From: Negativicutes bacterium
GTDB lineage: Bacteria > Bacillota > Negativicutes > UBA1444
Length of the DNA stretch: 64,000 bases
Assembly (NCBI GenBank): GCA_963665275.2
Contig: CAXXIN010000013.1
Coordinates: 224,001-288,000, forward strand
Direction of reading: 5' to 3'
Part shown: piece by piece, positions 16,832 to 26,588 of the stretch
Numbering within the stretch: position 1 is the first letter of the stretch
Layout: each line of letters begins with the position of its first letter
Translations under genes and position numbers: made by a program
The notes under the pieces: model-generated
The model's database searches: none
Seen by the model: only the letters and a program-made list of their open reading frames with translations
Told to the model about the DNA's origin: nothing

Positions 16832-19810
16832 TTAAAGAGGATTCAATTTACCATTGGCTAACTCGAACTGCGCATTATAAATTGGCATAATGAACGTCGT
16901 CACATCAAGGGACGTAGCCTGCGACACTAACCGTATCGTGTGCCCGGGTAACGCATGAAACGTCCCGGCATTCATGTACGAAATGGTCGTTAACTTCGAC
17001 GCTATCGTGTCGTCCCATATGTCTATACCAAGATTAATGCTATCTTTATTGTATAGGTAAATTGTTGGGAATGGGCTGAAAATCGCAGAAACTGACGTGT
17101 TCGCCGTCGGCTTGCTAAAAGTCTTGATGCAACCATCATATTCCGTTGTAGCTGCTGCCGTTATGACCCCATTCACAACAAGGCCTGAGAAGTAATAGTT
17201 TCCTGTATGTGCAATCGTATAGGTGACCGACCCCTCCGAGGTGCACGTCGTGCTGCCGCTGGGGGATATCGTACCGCCCGTACTCGCGCTGCTATAAAAT
17301 ATGTATGATTCAGCGCTGAGCTTGACGCTGGCGCTGCCGCCGCTGCTTGTAACGGCGACCGTGTCCGTGCCGCCGCTGGTCACATAGCCTGTGGCGCTGG
17401 CCGTGAAGTTATAGTTCCCCACTGGAATCCCGGTGAAGGTCGCCACCCCGGAGGTGGTCGTCGTCGTCTGCACCGCCGAGCCTACCGCGAGACTGACTGT
17501 CGCGGTTGTTAGCGGGGTTGAGCTGCCTGATGGATAGACGGTGATGGTCACCGTGCCGCTTTGGCGGGCGAGGGCGACGGCGACCGGGGTGGTCGTCCCC
17601 CCGGCGATGGTAACGCTGAGCGTTTTACTTACGTATCCGTCGAGCGCCACAGCGAAGTCGTAGGTTCCCACGGTCAGGCCGGTAAAGGTCGCCACACCGG
17701 AGACCGCTGTCTTGGTCGTACCGCTCGGCGATTGGGTCACGACGGCATTGAGCGCATTGCCGCCGGTATCGGTAATGGTGAAGCTGGCATTGCCGATCTG
17801 ATTCGTCAGCGCGATCGTGGCGGTTGCCGTTGCGCCGCTGGCGATGGTGACTCCGGCGGTCATCGTCGGATACCCGGTCTTACTCGCCGTGAACGTCTGC
17901 GTTCCTGTCGGCAGGTTGCCAAGGACGGCGACGCCGCCCGGATCGGTCACCACCGATTGAATCACGCTGCCGACGGTGACGCTCACTGTCGCCCCGGAGA
18001 TTACATTCGTTCCGTCAGTGACTTTGATCGCGGCGCCCCCGGCGCCGCTGCCGGACATCACCACATAACTCGTAAGGTTGCCGCCTCCCGTGGGTACGGT
18101 GACGGTGCTGGAGGTGATGGTTTGGGTCCCGGAAGCCGCGGTGAAGATATACGAACCGGCGGGCAGATTGCCGAAGCTCGCCGTACCGGCGGCGCCAGTG
18201 GTCCGTGTGATGCTGTAGCTGCTGACGGCGGCGTATGCCGTTTTGACTCCGAATAGGAGATCGAAGAAGTTTTTCTCGCCTTGAGCGGAAGAGCCGCTGG
18301 ACTGGATCGTGACGATCGCCCCGGCGATCGGGTTGCCGGAGGCGTCGGTGACGGTGACGGTAATTCCGCCGCCGGTAATCGAGAGGGTAATCGCCGCCTG
18401 CGCGGTCTGGTCCTTGACGACCGTTACCGCGCTGCTGTCGGCGGATAGGTTGAAGTACGTGGCTTTCACGGTATAACTGCCAACGGTAAGCCCGCTGATG
18501 GTTCCCTTGCCGGAGGCATCGGAGGTAACGGCAGTTCCTACGGCGTTGCCGTTTTGGTAAGCCTGCAGGCTAACGCCCTGCAGGGCTCCGCCGCTGGTGT
18601 TGGTGACGCTCACGGCGATGGAGCCGGTATAGGCGACGAACTTCGTCCATTTCTCGGTTTTGATGTCGTTTTCCCGTTCTACTTTCTGCAGCATTTTATG
18701 TGAGACATCGTTCGCAGACCGCAGCGCCAGATCCGAGGGATTGACCGGCGTGGCTTTGGCGGTGAAGCGGTCGGTGAGTTTGGCGGCGTTGACCAAGATG
18801 GGTTCGCCGATGGGTTTGCCGTTTTGGTATAGCTGGACCAACACGGGGATGGGTTTGCCGTCTATTGTCGGCAGGCTGCCCCAGAAGGCGGGACCTAACG
18901 CATCGGCGAGTTGGTAGGAGATTTTGCCGTAGAGGTTGCCGCTGGCAAGGTTGGAGCTTTGGTAGCCGATCTCCACTGCCACGCGTGGAGTGAGCTGCAT
19001 GTTGCTGCGCAAGCGAAAGCCGTTTTCGTCGGGGTTGTGCTCGTTGTCCCAGTGATAGCCCCCGGCGTAGACTTTCCACCACGGGGCTTTGGGCAGGGAG
19101 GTTCCCAGTTCGTAGTCGAAACCTTCGACGGCCCGGATGTAGGAATAGAGAATACCGCTGGATTGATACTCCTGTCCGGTTTGTTTCTCCCCGGAGAGGG
19201 GACGGTAATAGTTGAAGCGGTATTCCATTTGTTTGTGGAAGTATTCCGCGCCGAAGCCGACGCGCTGGAGATCGTACTGGAAACCGTAATCGTAGAAGAG
19301 ATTGAGGCCGACGAGGGAGGTCTTGTCGGAGGAAAGTTTGCGCCAGCCGAAGCCGAGGTTGGCGGTGCTGCCGTTATCTGCACTGAGGTGGGCGTAGCGT
19401 CCCTGCCAGAACCAGAGGCTGCCGTCTTTCCCGACTTCTCCGAAGGGTTGGACGGTTTCGAAAGAATAGAGGGGCCGGTTGTCTTGATCAAATCGGAGCT
19501 GGATGTCCGTGGTCTTCAGCCAGGAGGGTCCGCCTTTTTGGCCGCGCTGGAGGTAGTAGGCGAGGAGGCGGTTGCCGAAGCTATTCAGCTTTTCCTGATC
19601 ACTGATGCGTTTGCCGCTGGCGGAGGAGTCTGATGCGGCATCAGAAGAGGCTGCCTTCTCCCCCGTTGTCTCCGCAGTGGTCTTGTCTACCGTAAAAGTA
19701 ATGGGATCGGCACTGTCTGCCGCCGAAGCCGCAGCTAGGCCGGGATTGGCAAGCATCAGTAGAATGAGCAGCTGCGCCAATCGCTGTTTGAGGTTTCTGG
19801 AGATCTCCAA
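16832..19810 (-). CDS. inverse autotransporter (intimin/invasin-type, type Ve) adhesin with Ig-like repeats
   Basis: Signal peptide; barrel motifs TANLGFGWR, G.N.FYDY, R.GFGAEYF, Y.PLS, GFD.E.G and VERENDI; about five T/S/G-rich carboxypeptidase-regulatory-like repeats; InlB-B-repeat-like domain near the C-terminus; TTG start after a GGGGAGG RBS. Confidence 0.88.
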   Translation of the reverse strand: MEISRNLKQRLAQLLILLMLANPGLAAASAADSADPITFTVDKTTAETTGEKAASSDAASDSSASGKRISDQEKLNSFGNRLLAYYLQRGQKGGPSWLKTTDIQLRFDQDNRPLYSFETVQPFGEVGKDGSLWFWQGRYAHLSADNGSTANLGFGWRKLSSDKTSLVGLNLFYDYGFQYDLQRVGFGAEYFHKQMEYRFNYYRPLSGEKQTGQEYQSSGILYSYIRAVEGFDYELGTSLPKAPWWKVYAGGYHWDNEHNPDENGFRLRSNMQLTPRVAVEIGYQSSNLASGNLYGKISYQLADALGPAFWGSLPTIDGKPIPVLVQLYQNGKPIGEPILVNAAKLTDRFTAKATPVNPSDLALRSANDVSHKMLQKVERENDIKTEKWTKFVAYTGSIAVSVTNTSGGALQGVSLQAYQNGNAVGTAVTSDASGKGTISGLTVGSYTVKATYFNLSADSSAVTVVKDQTAQAAITLSITGGGITVTVTDASGNPIAGAIVTIQSSGSSAQGEKNFFDLLFGVKTAYAAVSSYSITRTTGAAGTASFGNLPAGSYIFTAASGTQTITSSTVTVPTGGGNLTSYVVMSGSGAGGAAIKVTDGTNVISGATVSVTVGSVIQSVVTDPGGVAVLGNLPTGTQTFTASKTGYPTMTAGVTIASGATATATIALTNQIGNASFTITDTGGNALNAVVTQSPSGTTKTAVSGVATFTGLTVGTYDFAVALDGYVSKTLSVTIAGGTTTPVAVALARQSGTVTITVYPSGSSTPLTTATVSLAVGSAVQTTTTTSGVATFTGIPVGNYNFTASATGYVTSGGTDTVAVTSSGGSASVKLSAESYIFYSSASTGGTISPSGSTTCTSEGSVTYTIAHTGNYYFSGLVVNGVITAAATTEYDGCIKTFSKPTANTSVSAIFSPFPTIYLYNKDSINLGIDIWDDTIASKLTTISYMNAGTFHALPGHTIRLVSQATSLDVTTFIMPIYNAQFELANGKLNPL

Positions 19811-19888
19811 ACCACATACCCTCCCCTGAATTGCAACAAAAAATACTACAATTTTAATCGTCACTTCTAATCCTAAAACGAACTCAGG

Positions 19889-19984
19889 CAAAAAGATATT
19901 CGCCAAAAGTAGAATTTTTCGTATTCGTAACGAATCTTCACAAAATGAAAAATCCCCTATACAAAAATTGTACAGGGGATTTTT
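19889..19984. repeat. ~97-bp direct repeat, right copy; its hairpin could terminate the hbd gene
   Basis: Near-identical to 15508-15604; AAAAATCCCCT..AGGGGATTTTTT hairpin. Confidence 0.9.
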
Positions 19985-20025
19985 TTGCGAGTTTAGCTTT
20001 TATTATTGCTTTCTTTATATGAATT

Positions 20026-20979
20026 CTATTTTTCGTTTTTGTCTCTTTGCAGCCAATCGATCAATATGGCTTCCCGTTGTTTCTTCAGCTTGCTCAGCAC
20101 TTCCGGCGATGTCCAGTCGTAGAACCCCTTGCCGGTTTTCGCGCCGAGATCGCCGCGAGCCACCGTCTCCGCCATCATCGGAGAAGAAACAGGATCGTTG
20201 CACAGATCCTTGTACAGATAGCCGGAAATGTTCTGGAAAATATCCAGTCCACCGAGATCGGCGCTTTCCAGTGGGCCGGTGACGCCGTAGCGACGGCCCA
20301 GGCTATACCGAACGGTAGCATCGACCGCTTCCGGGGTAGCGATGCCTTCCTGCACGATATATAGAGCTTCCCGCAGCATGGCCAGTTGCAGCCGATTGCC
20401 GATGAAGCCGAGTGCTTCGCGTTTCAGCGCCACTGGTTTTTTGCCGATTTTCTCCATGAGCGCCCACGTTAGGTTCACCGTTTCCTGTGAAGTATGTTTC
20501 CCAGGCACTACTTCTACCAAAGGCACCAGATGCGGTGGGTTCCAAAAATGTGCGACCACGAATTTATCCTTGCGCGATACCGCCTCAGCCACTGCCGTGG
20601 GGCTCAAGCCGGAGGTATTGGTGGCGAAGATGGTGTGCGCCGGACAAAGCTTGTCCAACTTTTTAAAAACGTCTTGTTTAACTGCGAGTTCTTCTGCGAC
20701 TGATTCGATAACAAAATCCGCGTCTTTCGCAGCTTCCTCCAGGGTCGTCACGCCGGTGATCCGCCCCAGGATCTCGGGGATTTCCGCTTCGGAAATCAGC
20801 TGATGCTCCTTGTAAGTCTGTAACGCACCGCGAACGCCTTTGATTCCCTTCTCAATGCTTTCTTGGCTGCGACCGTACATGCGGACGTTATACCCGGCTT
20901 TGGCGAAAGCGACCGCAGTGCCATGGCCCATGGTCCCCGTGCCCAGGTTGCAGATATTCCGAATGTCTTTGAGTTCCAT
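20026..20979 (-). CDS. 3-hydroxyacyl-CoA dehydrogenase, predicted NADP(H) type
   Basis: GTGTMGHG, ESVAEEL..K, TNTSGL, HFWNPP and GFIGNRLQ; beta2 ends in YGRS rather than Asp. Confidence 0.88.
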   Translation of the reverse strand: MELKDIRNICNLGTGTMGHGTAVAFAKAGYNVRMYGRSQESIEKGIKGVRGALQTYKEHQLISEAEIPEILGRITGVTTLEEAAKDADFVIESVAEELAVKQDVFKKLDKLCPAHTIFATNTSGLSPTAVAEAVSRKDKFVVAHFWNPPHLVPLVEVVPGKHTSQETVNLTWALMEKIGKKPVALKREALGFIGNRLQLAMLREALYIVQEGIATPEAVDATVRYSLGRRYGVTGPLESADLGGLDIFQNISGYLYKDLCNDPVSSPMMAETVARGDLGAKTGKGFYDWTSPEVLSKLKKQREAILIDWLQRDKNEK

Positions 20980-21017
20980 CGTTTTTCCTCCCTCTATCTT
21001 TTTGCTTTCGCGTGTTC

Positions 21018-22388
21018 TTAGCTCAGGCCGCAAATTGCCTTGGCCGCCTGTTTCCCAGCGCCCATGGCGCTGATGACGGTTGCCGCCCCGGTGACGATGT
21101 CGCCGCCGGCATAGACCCCGTCGCGCGAAGTCTCGCCCCGCTCATTGACAACGATCGTGCCGCGCCGCGTCACTACCAGGCCCGGAGTGGTCCGGGGGAT
21201 CAGAGGATTGGGCGTGTTGCCGATGGCGATGACCACCGTATCGACAGGCAGAATCGTTTCCGAACCAGGAACTTCTACGGCGCAACGCCGCCCGGATGCA
21301 TCCGCGGCTCCAAGCTCCATACGCTGGCACTCCAAGCCCTGGACCCATCCCTTTTCATCACCGATGATCCGGCTCGGGTTCATCAGGAACTGGCAGATAA
21401 CCCCTTCGGCCTTGGCATGCTCGAACTCTTCGTGTCGGGCGGGGATCTCCGCTTCCGAGCGCCGATATACCAGATAGACCTTTTCCGCGCCCATCCGCAG
21501 CGAGGTTCGCGCAGCATCCATCGCCACGTTGCCGCCGCCGACAACTGCCACGATTTTGCCCACCTTAACGGGGGTATTATACTCAGGGAATTGATAGGCT
21601 TTCATCAAATTGATCCGGGTCAGGAATTCATTGGCGGAATACACGCCGTTGCAATTTTCGCCCGGAATACCAAGAAACTGGGGTGCACCGGCGCCAGACC
21701 CGATGAATACGGCTTCGTACCCTTGTTCGAACAGCTCGTCAATGGACAGCGCTTTGCCAACCACCGCGTTGGTGATGATTTTGACGCCGAGCGACTTGAT
21801 GTGCTCGACTTCGGCGGCCACGATGTCCTTGGGCAGGCGGAATTCCGGAATTCCGTAAATGAGAACGCCGCCCGCGCGATGCAGCGCTTCGAAGATCGTC
21901 ACGTCATAGCCAGCCATCGCCAGATCCGCAGCGGCGGTCAGCCCGGCCGGTCCCGCGCCGATGACGGCGGCTTTGCGACCATTTTTCGTGATTGTCGGAG
22001 TTTCCGACGACGCCGTCGCCCGATCACAGTCAGCAACATAACGTTCCAACCGTCCAATGGCGACAGCTTCGCCTTTTTTGCCGAGAATGCAGTGGCTTTC
22101 GCACTGTTTCTCCTGCGGGCATACCCGGCCGCACACTGCGGGCAGGTTATTTTTTTCCTTGATCTTGCGGGCCGCATCGCCTATTTTTCCGTCACGAATA
22201 CAATGTATGAATGCGGGAATATCTACTTCCACCGGACAGCCGCTCCGGCAGGGCGCAGTCTTGCACTGCAGGCATCGGGATGCTTCCAGCGCCGCAGTGG
22301 CGGCGTCATAGCCGACGGCCACTTCACGGAAATTCTGAACGCGTTCGGCTACTGGTTGTTCGGGCATGGGGTGTCGATTCAGTGACAT
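21018..22388 (-). CDS. nfnB: NfnB / GltD-like NADPH-dependent flavoprotein (large subunit)
   Basis: RCLQC..APC..GCPV, CGRVCPQE.QCE, GAGPAGL, GGGNVAMDAAR and YRRS. Confidence 0.9.
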   Translation of the reverse strand: MSLNRHPMPEQPVAERVQNFREVAVGYDAATAALEASRCLQCKTAPCRSGCPVEVDIPAFIHCIRDGKIGDAARKIKEKNNLPAVCGRVCPQEKQCESHCILGKKGEAVAIGRLERYVADCDRATASSETPTITKNGRKAAVIGAGPAGLTAAADLAMAGYDVTIFEALHRAGGVLIYGIPEFRLPKDIVAAEVEHIKSLGVKIITNAVVGKALSIDELFEQGYEAVFIGSGAGAPQFLGIPGENCNGVYSANEFLTRINLMKAYQFPEYNTPVKVGKIVAVVGGGNVAMDAARTSLRMGAEKVYLVYRRSEAEIPARHEEFEHAKAEGVICQFLMNPSRIIGDEKGWVQGLECQRMELGAADASGRRCAVEVPGSETILPVDTVVIAIGNTPNPLIPRTTPGLVVTRRGTIVVNERGETSRDGVYAGGDIVTGAATVISAMGAGKQAAKAICGLS

Positions 22389-23230
22389 GAGCAGGTACCT
22401 CCTCCGTGGCAAGTGTGGGCGCCGTCGCAGGTTTTCTCCATGTCAACGTAGGTCTTTTGGCGTGCCATCAGTCCTGCGAAGTCGATTTGGTGCGCGTCGA
22501 ATTCCGGTCCATCCACACAGGCGAATTTCGTTTCCGTGCCGATACTCACGCGGCAGCCGCCGCACATGCCGGTGCCATCCACCATGATGGGATTCAGGCT
22601 GGCGATGGTCTTGATGCCGTGAGGCCGGGTCACTTCGGCTACCGCCCGCATCATGACGACCGGTCCGATGGCAATGACTTCGGCGATGGGTTCGCCCTGG
22701 GCGATCAATTCTTTAAGAACATCGGTGACGAATCCTTTCCGCTGGTAGGAGCCGTCATCCGTGGTAATTTTCAATTCTGTACTGGCACTCTGCATCTCCT
22801 TTTCGAGAATCAGGAGGCCATGGTTGCGGGCGCCAACGATGCTGATCACTTTATTGCCGGCCTGTTTCATTCCCCGCGCGATCGGGAAGATGGGAGCTAC
22901 GCCGATCCCGCCGCCTACACAGACAACGGTTCCCTGTTTTTTCTCAACATGGGTCGGATTCCCCAGGGGCCCGACGAAATCCAGGATGCTTTCCCCTTCG
23001 GCCAAGCGTCCGAGAGCTTTGGTTCCCGCGCCAACTTCCTGAAATATGATGGTGATGGTTCCCGCCGCCGCGTCAAAATCAGCGATGGTGAGGGGAATCC
23101 GCTCTCCCTTTTCATCCACCCGCAGAATGATAAATTCTCCCGGTTGGGCTTTGCGGGCCACCATCGGCGCTTTCACAACCATTTGCTGCACACCTGGTGA
23201 CAGAGTCTTTTTCGTGACAATCTGATACAT
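22379..23230 (-). CDS. nfnA: NfnA (small subunit, FAD/2Fe-2S)
   Basis: GERIPLTIAD, GPLG.P, GGGIGVAP and NPIMVDGTGMCGGCRV...FACVDGPEFD. Confidence 0.92.
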   Translation of the reverse strand: MYQIVTKKTLSPGVQQMVVKAPMVARKAQPGEFIILRVDEKGERIPLTIADFDAAAGTITIIFQEVGAGTKALGRLAEGESILDFVGPLGNPTHVEKKQGTVVCVGGGIGVAPIFPIARGMKQAGNKVISIVGARNHGLLILEKEMQSASTELKITTDDGSYQRKGFVTDVLKELIAQGEPIAEVIAIGPVVMMRAVAEVTRPHGIKTIASLNPIMVDGTGMCGGCRVSIGTETKFACVDGPEFDAHQIDFAGLMARQKTYVDMEKTCDGAHTCHGGGTCSCH

Positions 23231-23275
23231 GAACATCCCTCCTGTCGATAATCGATCCAATCAGCACAATGTTAA

Positions 23276-23291
23276 TGCAATTATTGTGCCA
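23276..23291 (-). promoter_or_regulatory. sigma54 (-24/-12) promoter of nfnA-nfnB-hbd
   Basis: TGGCACAATAATTGCA. Confidence 0.8.
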
Positions 23292-23444
23292 AACCGAAAC
23301 GATTGCCGCCGATTGGCAAGAAAAAAGTCCGGCTCCTGCCGGTCTCCCGGACGCTATCAGACACCCGGGCTCATTTCCGCTTGCCGCCAAAGAAAGTCTC
23401 CCATTGCCTGGAGTGCGCATTTTTTTGCTCTATCGTACCAGCGT

Positions 23445-24857
23445 TTACTCAATTCCTTGTAGTCCACCGTCCTGAATGTTTCGCCCCAGACCGTGTTCAT
23501 CGATCTTATATAGCAACGCTCTGCGGCTGATGTCCAGAGCCTTGGCCGTTTTCACCCGGTTGCCCTGATTTTGCCGCAGGGCATTTTCGAGGATCTGTTT
23601 TTCCACCTGCCGCATCTGTTCGCGGTAGGTCCCGTTCTCGGGAACGGCGATGACAGGCAGTTCCGTCGCCGGCAGCACACCAGGGAGGTCCATGACATCG
23701 ATGACGCCCTGTGACATGATAACGGCCCGTTCCATCACGTTGGCCAACTCCCGGACATTGCCGGGCCAGGGACAGCGGCACAAGAGCTTCATGGCCTCCG
23801 GCGTGACGATCGGCACTTCGGCATGCGCCTCGTCAGAGAAGCGCCGCACAAAATAGTTCACGAATTCCGGGATATCCCCCATCCGCTCCCGCAGCGCGGG
23901 AACATGGATAGGCACCACTTTCAGCCGATAATACAAGTCTTCGCGGAACAGACCCTGCTGGACGCGTTCCTCCAGGTTCCGGTTGGTCGAGGCGATGATC
24001 CGCACATCGACTTTGAGGGTTTCCGTGCCGCCTACCCGGTCGAACGTCTTTTCCTGCAGCACGCGCAGCAATTTAACCTGCAGTGACAAGGGCAAATCGC
24101 CGATCTCATCGAGCAGCATCGTGCCGCCATTGGCCAGTTCGAACCGGCCCGGCTTGCGGGCCACTGCGCCGGTGAAGGCGCCTTTTTCATGACCGAACAA
24201 TTCGCTTTCCATGAGTCCTTCCGGCAACGCGCCGCAGTTGACCTTGATGAAGGGATTGTCGCGCCGGTTGCTGTTCCGGTGGATCGTCTGCGCGATCACT
24301 TCCTTGCCGCTGCCGCTTTCACCAGTGATCAGCACCGTGGCATTGGTCTGGGCCACCCTGCCGACAACTTTGTATACGGCCTGAACGGTAGGACTGTCGC
24401 CGATGATATTCTCGAGGCGAAAATGCTTCTTCAGCTCAAACCGCAACTCAGTCAGCTCCGAGCGCATGCAGTGCATCTGAAAGGCCCGGTCAAGCATGAT
24501 GCGTAGTTCGTTGACATTGGAAGGCTTGACCAGATAGTCGAAAGCGCCCAGTCGCATCGTCTCGATCACGGTATCAATCGTGCCATAGGCAGTCATCAGG
24601 ATTACCGGAATCTCGGGAAATTCCTGATGGATGAGGCGAAATGCCGCCAATCCGTCCATGACCGGCATTTTGATATCCATGATGATGACTGACGGCTGCA
24701 CTTCGCGGGTCATTTCTATCGCCCGCAGCCCATTCTCAGCCAAGTGCGGTTCATAGCCCGATTTTTTCGCCACCTCATAAAGCAGTCGGCGTACGGTTAC
24801 TTGATCGTCAGCGATCAGCACGGATTTATTCAAAGTTGTTGTCTCCACTGCTTGCAC
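23445..24857 (-). CDS. atoC: AtoC/NtrC-type sigma54 response regulator
   Basis: Receiver domain (IADD, MDIKMP), GESGSGKE, GAFTGA, Fis HTH; context of atoS, CoA transferase and atoE. Confidence 0.88.
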   Translation of the reverse strand: MQAVETTTLNKSVLIADDQVTVRRLLYEVAKKSGYEPHLAENGLRAIEMTREVQPSVIIMDIKMPVMDGLAAFRLIHQEFPEIPVILMTAYGTIDTVIETMRLGAFDYLVKPSNVNELRIMLDRAFQMHCMRSELTELRFELKKHFRLENIIGDSPTVQAVYKVVGRVAQTNATVLITGESGSGKEVIAQTIHRNSNRRDNPFIKVNCGALPEGLMESELFGHEKGAFTGAVARKPGRFELANGGTMLLDEIGDLPLSLQVKLLRVLQEKTFDRVGGTETLKVDVRIIASTNRNLEERVQQGLFREDLYYRLKVVPIHVPALRERMGDIPEFVNYFVRRFSDEAHAEVPIVTPEAMKLLCRCPWPGNVRELANVMERAVIMSQGVIDVMDLPGVLPATELPVIAVPENGTYREQMRQVEKQILENALRQNQGNRVKTAKALDISRRALLYKIDEHGLGRNIQDGGLQGIE

Positions 24858-26328
24858 CTCCTGCCATGGGGAAAATCAACGTGAAGGCGCTGCCCTTGCC
24901 GAGCACCGATTTCACTTCAATTGTTCCACCCCAAATTTCCATAATATGATGGGCCACTGACAAACCGAGGCCCGTCCCTGTCTCCTTGGTCGTGAAGAAC
25001 GGATCGAATAATTTATCCAGATTCTCCGGTGCGATGCCGGATCCGGAGTCGGTGACCGTGACCTGCACCCGCCCGGGGTCAAACCGGGATACGATCCGGA
25101 TCAGACCTTCCTTGGGGATAGCCTGAATCGCGTTGATCAAAAGATTGAGGAAAACCTGTTCGAGTTGTTCTTCGTTGGCACGGACCAGCGGCAACTCCGC
25201 CTCCAATTCCGTAGCAAAGAGGACACGGGAGGATTTGGCCCGCATGTCCACCAGAATCAGCGTGTTTTTCAACACGTCGTTGACGTTGACATCAGCCAGC
25301 TGCGCCAGTGTCGGCCGGGAAAAATATAGCAGTTGCTCGATCAGCTGATTCATACGGTCGACTTCACGGACGATAATATCATTATATTCCTTTTGCTCCT
25401 GCGATGTACTCTCCTCGCCCTGCAACTGCGCAAAACCCCGGATCGCCATGAGGGGATTCCTGATCTCATGCGCCATGCCGGCCGCCATCTCGCCGATCAA
25501 GGATAGCCGGTCAGCGCGTTGCACTTGCTCTTCCAGCTTTTTTTGCAACACCAGAGCCTGCGCCATCTCATTGATTGCATTGGCAATTTCGCCGACCTCG
25601 CCATTAGGCGGCTGCAAACGAAACGACAGATCCCCCCGTATCCGCCGCACGCCGCGATTGATCCCCTCGATATCTTCGACCAGGTGGTCGACCACGAATG
25701 CCACGCCGATGCTGCCGATAACGAGGCAGAGCAGGATGGTCAGGGCAATTTGCCAGCTGATCACGTTAATCTGCGCGATGATATCCGCAGTCAGCTCATT
25801 GGCCCAGACATAGCCGATGACCCTGTCGCCGCGTTTCACCGGATGCATGGCATTCATGATCTGGCCTCGAACCAAGTCGCCCTCCTGCACGCGGGGGATT
25901 CCCGTTTCCATGACGATCCGCCCCTGGTGGCTCGGACTGATGGGTAAACCAACCTTGTCCGCATAAATATCGCTCGGCCCATAGGTGATAATAGCATCCA
26001 GATCGATACTGTAGTATCCCACGCCAATGCCCGGATAAGCATCAGCAACGGCATCGGTGAAATCGGCCAACTCTTCATTGAGGACTGCAACTTTGGCAGC
26101 CTTATCGGCATTTCCCGCACCCTTTCGGCGCAGTATGTCGTCATAGGATCCACTCAGGTGCTGGTCCAGCATGCGGGCGGCGCCAAACAATTTCTGCTGC
26201 TTCTCCGCCACGATGGCATTGATGGAGGTTCGGGCGATCAGATAGCCGGAAAAAATGACCGGAATCCCCGCCACGAGCAATATCAACAAAAACAAACGAT
26301 TTCTCAGGGTCCCCGGCATAATGCGCAA
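24826..26328 (-). CDS. atoS: AtoS-type sensor histidine kinase
   Basis: Two TM helices, periplasmic AYPGIGVGYYS..LDAIITYGPS, HAMP, HEIRNPL and N/G/F boxes. Confidence 0.85.
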   Translation of the reverse strand: MRIMPGTLRNRLFLLILLVAGIPVIFSGYLIARTSINAIVAEKQQKLFGAARMLDQHLSGSYDDILRRKGAGNADKAAKVAVLNEELADFTDAVADAYPGIGVGYYSIDLDAIITYGPSDIYADKVGLPISPSHQGRIVMETGIPRVQEGDLVRGQIMNAMHPVKRGDRVIGYVWANELTADIIAQINVISWQIALTILLCLVIGSIGVAFVVDHLVEDIEGINRGVRRIRGDLSFRLQPPNGEVGEIANAINEMAQALVLQKKLEEQVQRADRLSLIGEMAAGMAHEIRNPLMAIRGFAQLQGEESTSQEQKEYNDIIVREVDRMNQLIEQLLYFSRPTLAQLADVNVNDVLKNTLILVDMRAKSSRVLFATELEAELPLVRANEEQLEQVFLNLLINAIQAIPKEGLIRIVSRFDPGRVQVTVTDSGSGIAPENLDKLFDPFFTTKETGTGLGLSVAHHIMEIWGGTIEVKSVLGKGSAFTLIFPMAGGASSGDNNFE

Positions 26329-26537
26329 TATTCTTCCCCACTTTAACCTTGTTTTGTCCTGTTTTAATTATATAGCAAAAACCATACCAATACAGGTGTC
26401 GATTTTTCTATACACCTATCGGGTAGTGAGCAACCGACCAAACTTCCCCGGATCGCCTGCGCCAAATTTTATGCCGCCTGCTATTTCAAGCCTTTTCCGG
26501 CTTATTCATTGTCTCAATTTTCAAATTCACTGCATTT

Positions 26538-26553
26538 TGGCACATTTTATGCA
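26538..26553 (+). promoter_or_regulatory. sigma54 promoter of the CoA transferase-hbd operon
   Basis: TGGCACATTTTATGCA. Confidence 0.7.
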
Positions 26554-26588
26554 AGTAAATCTAAAAGTAAAATAATATTCTGGAGGAG

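Noticed and set aside
13852-22385. Long antisense ORFs (13852-15117, 17561-18256, 18911-19633, 21012-22385) and similar ones elsewhere
   Set aside because: Shadow frames of well-supported opposite-strand genes in GC-rich sequence, with no motifs
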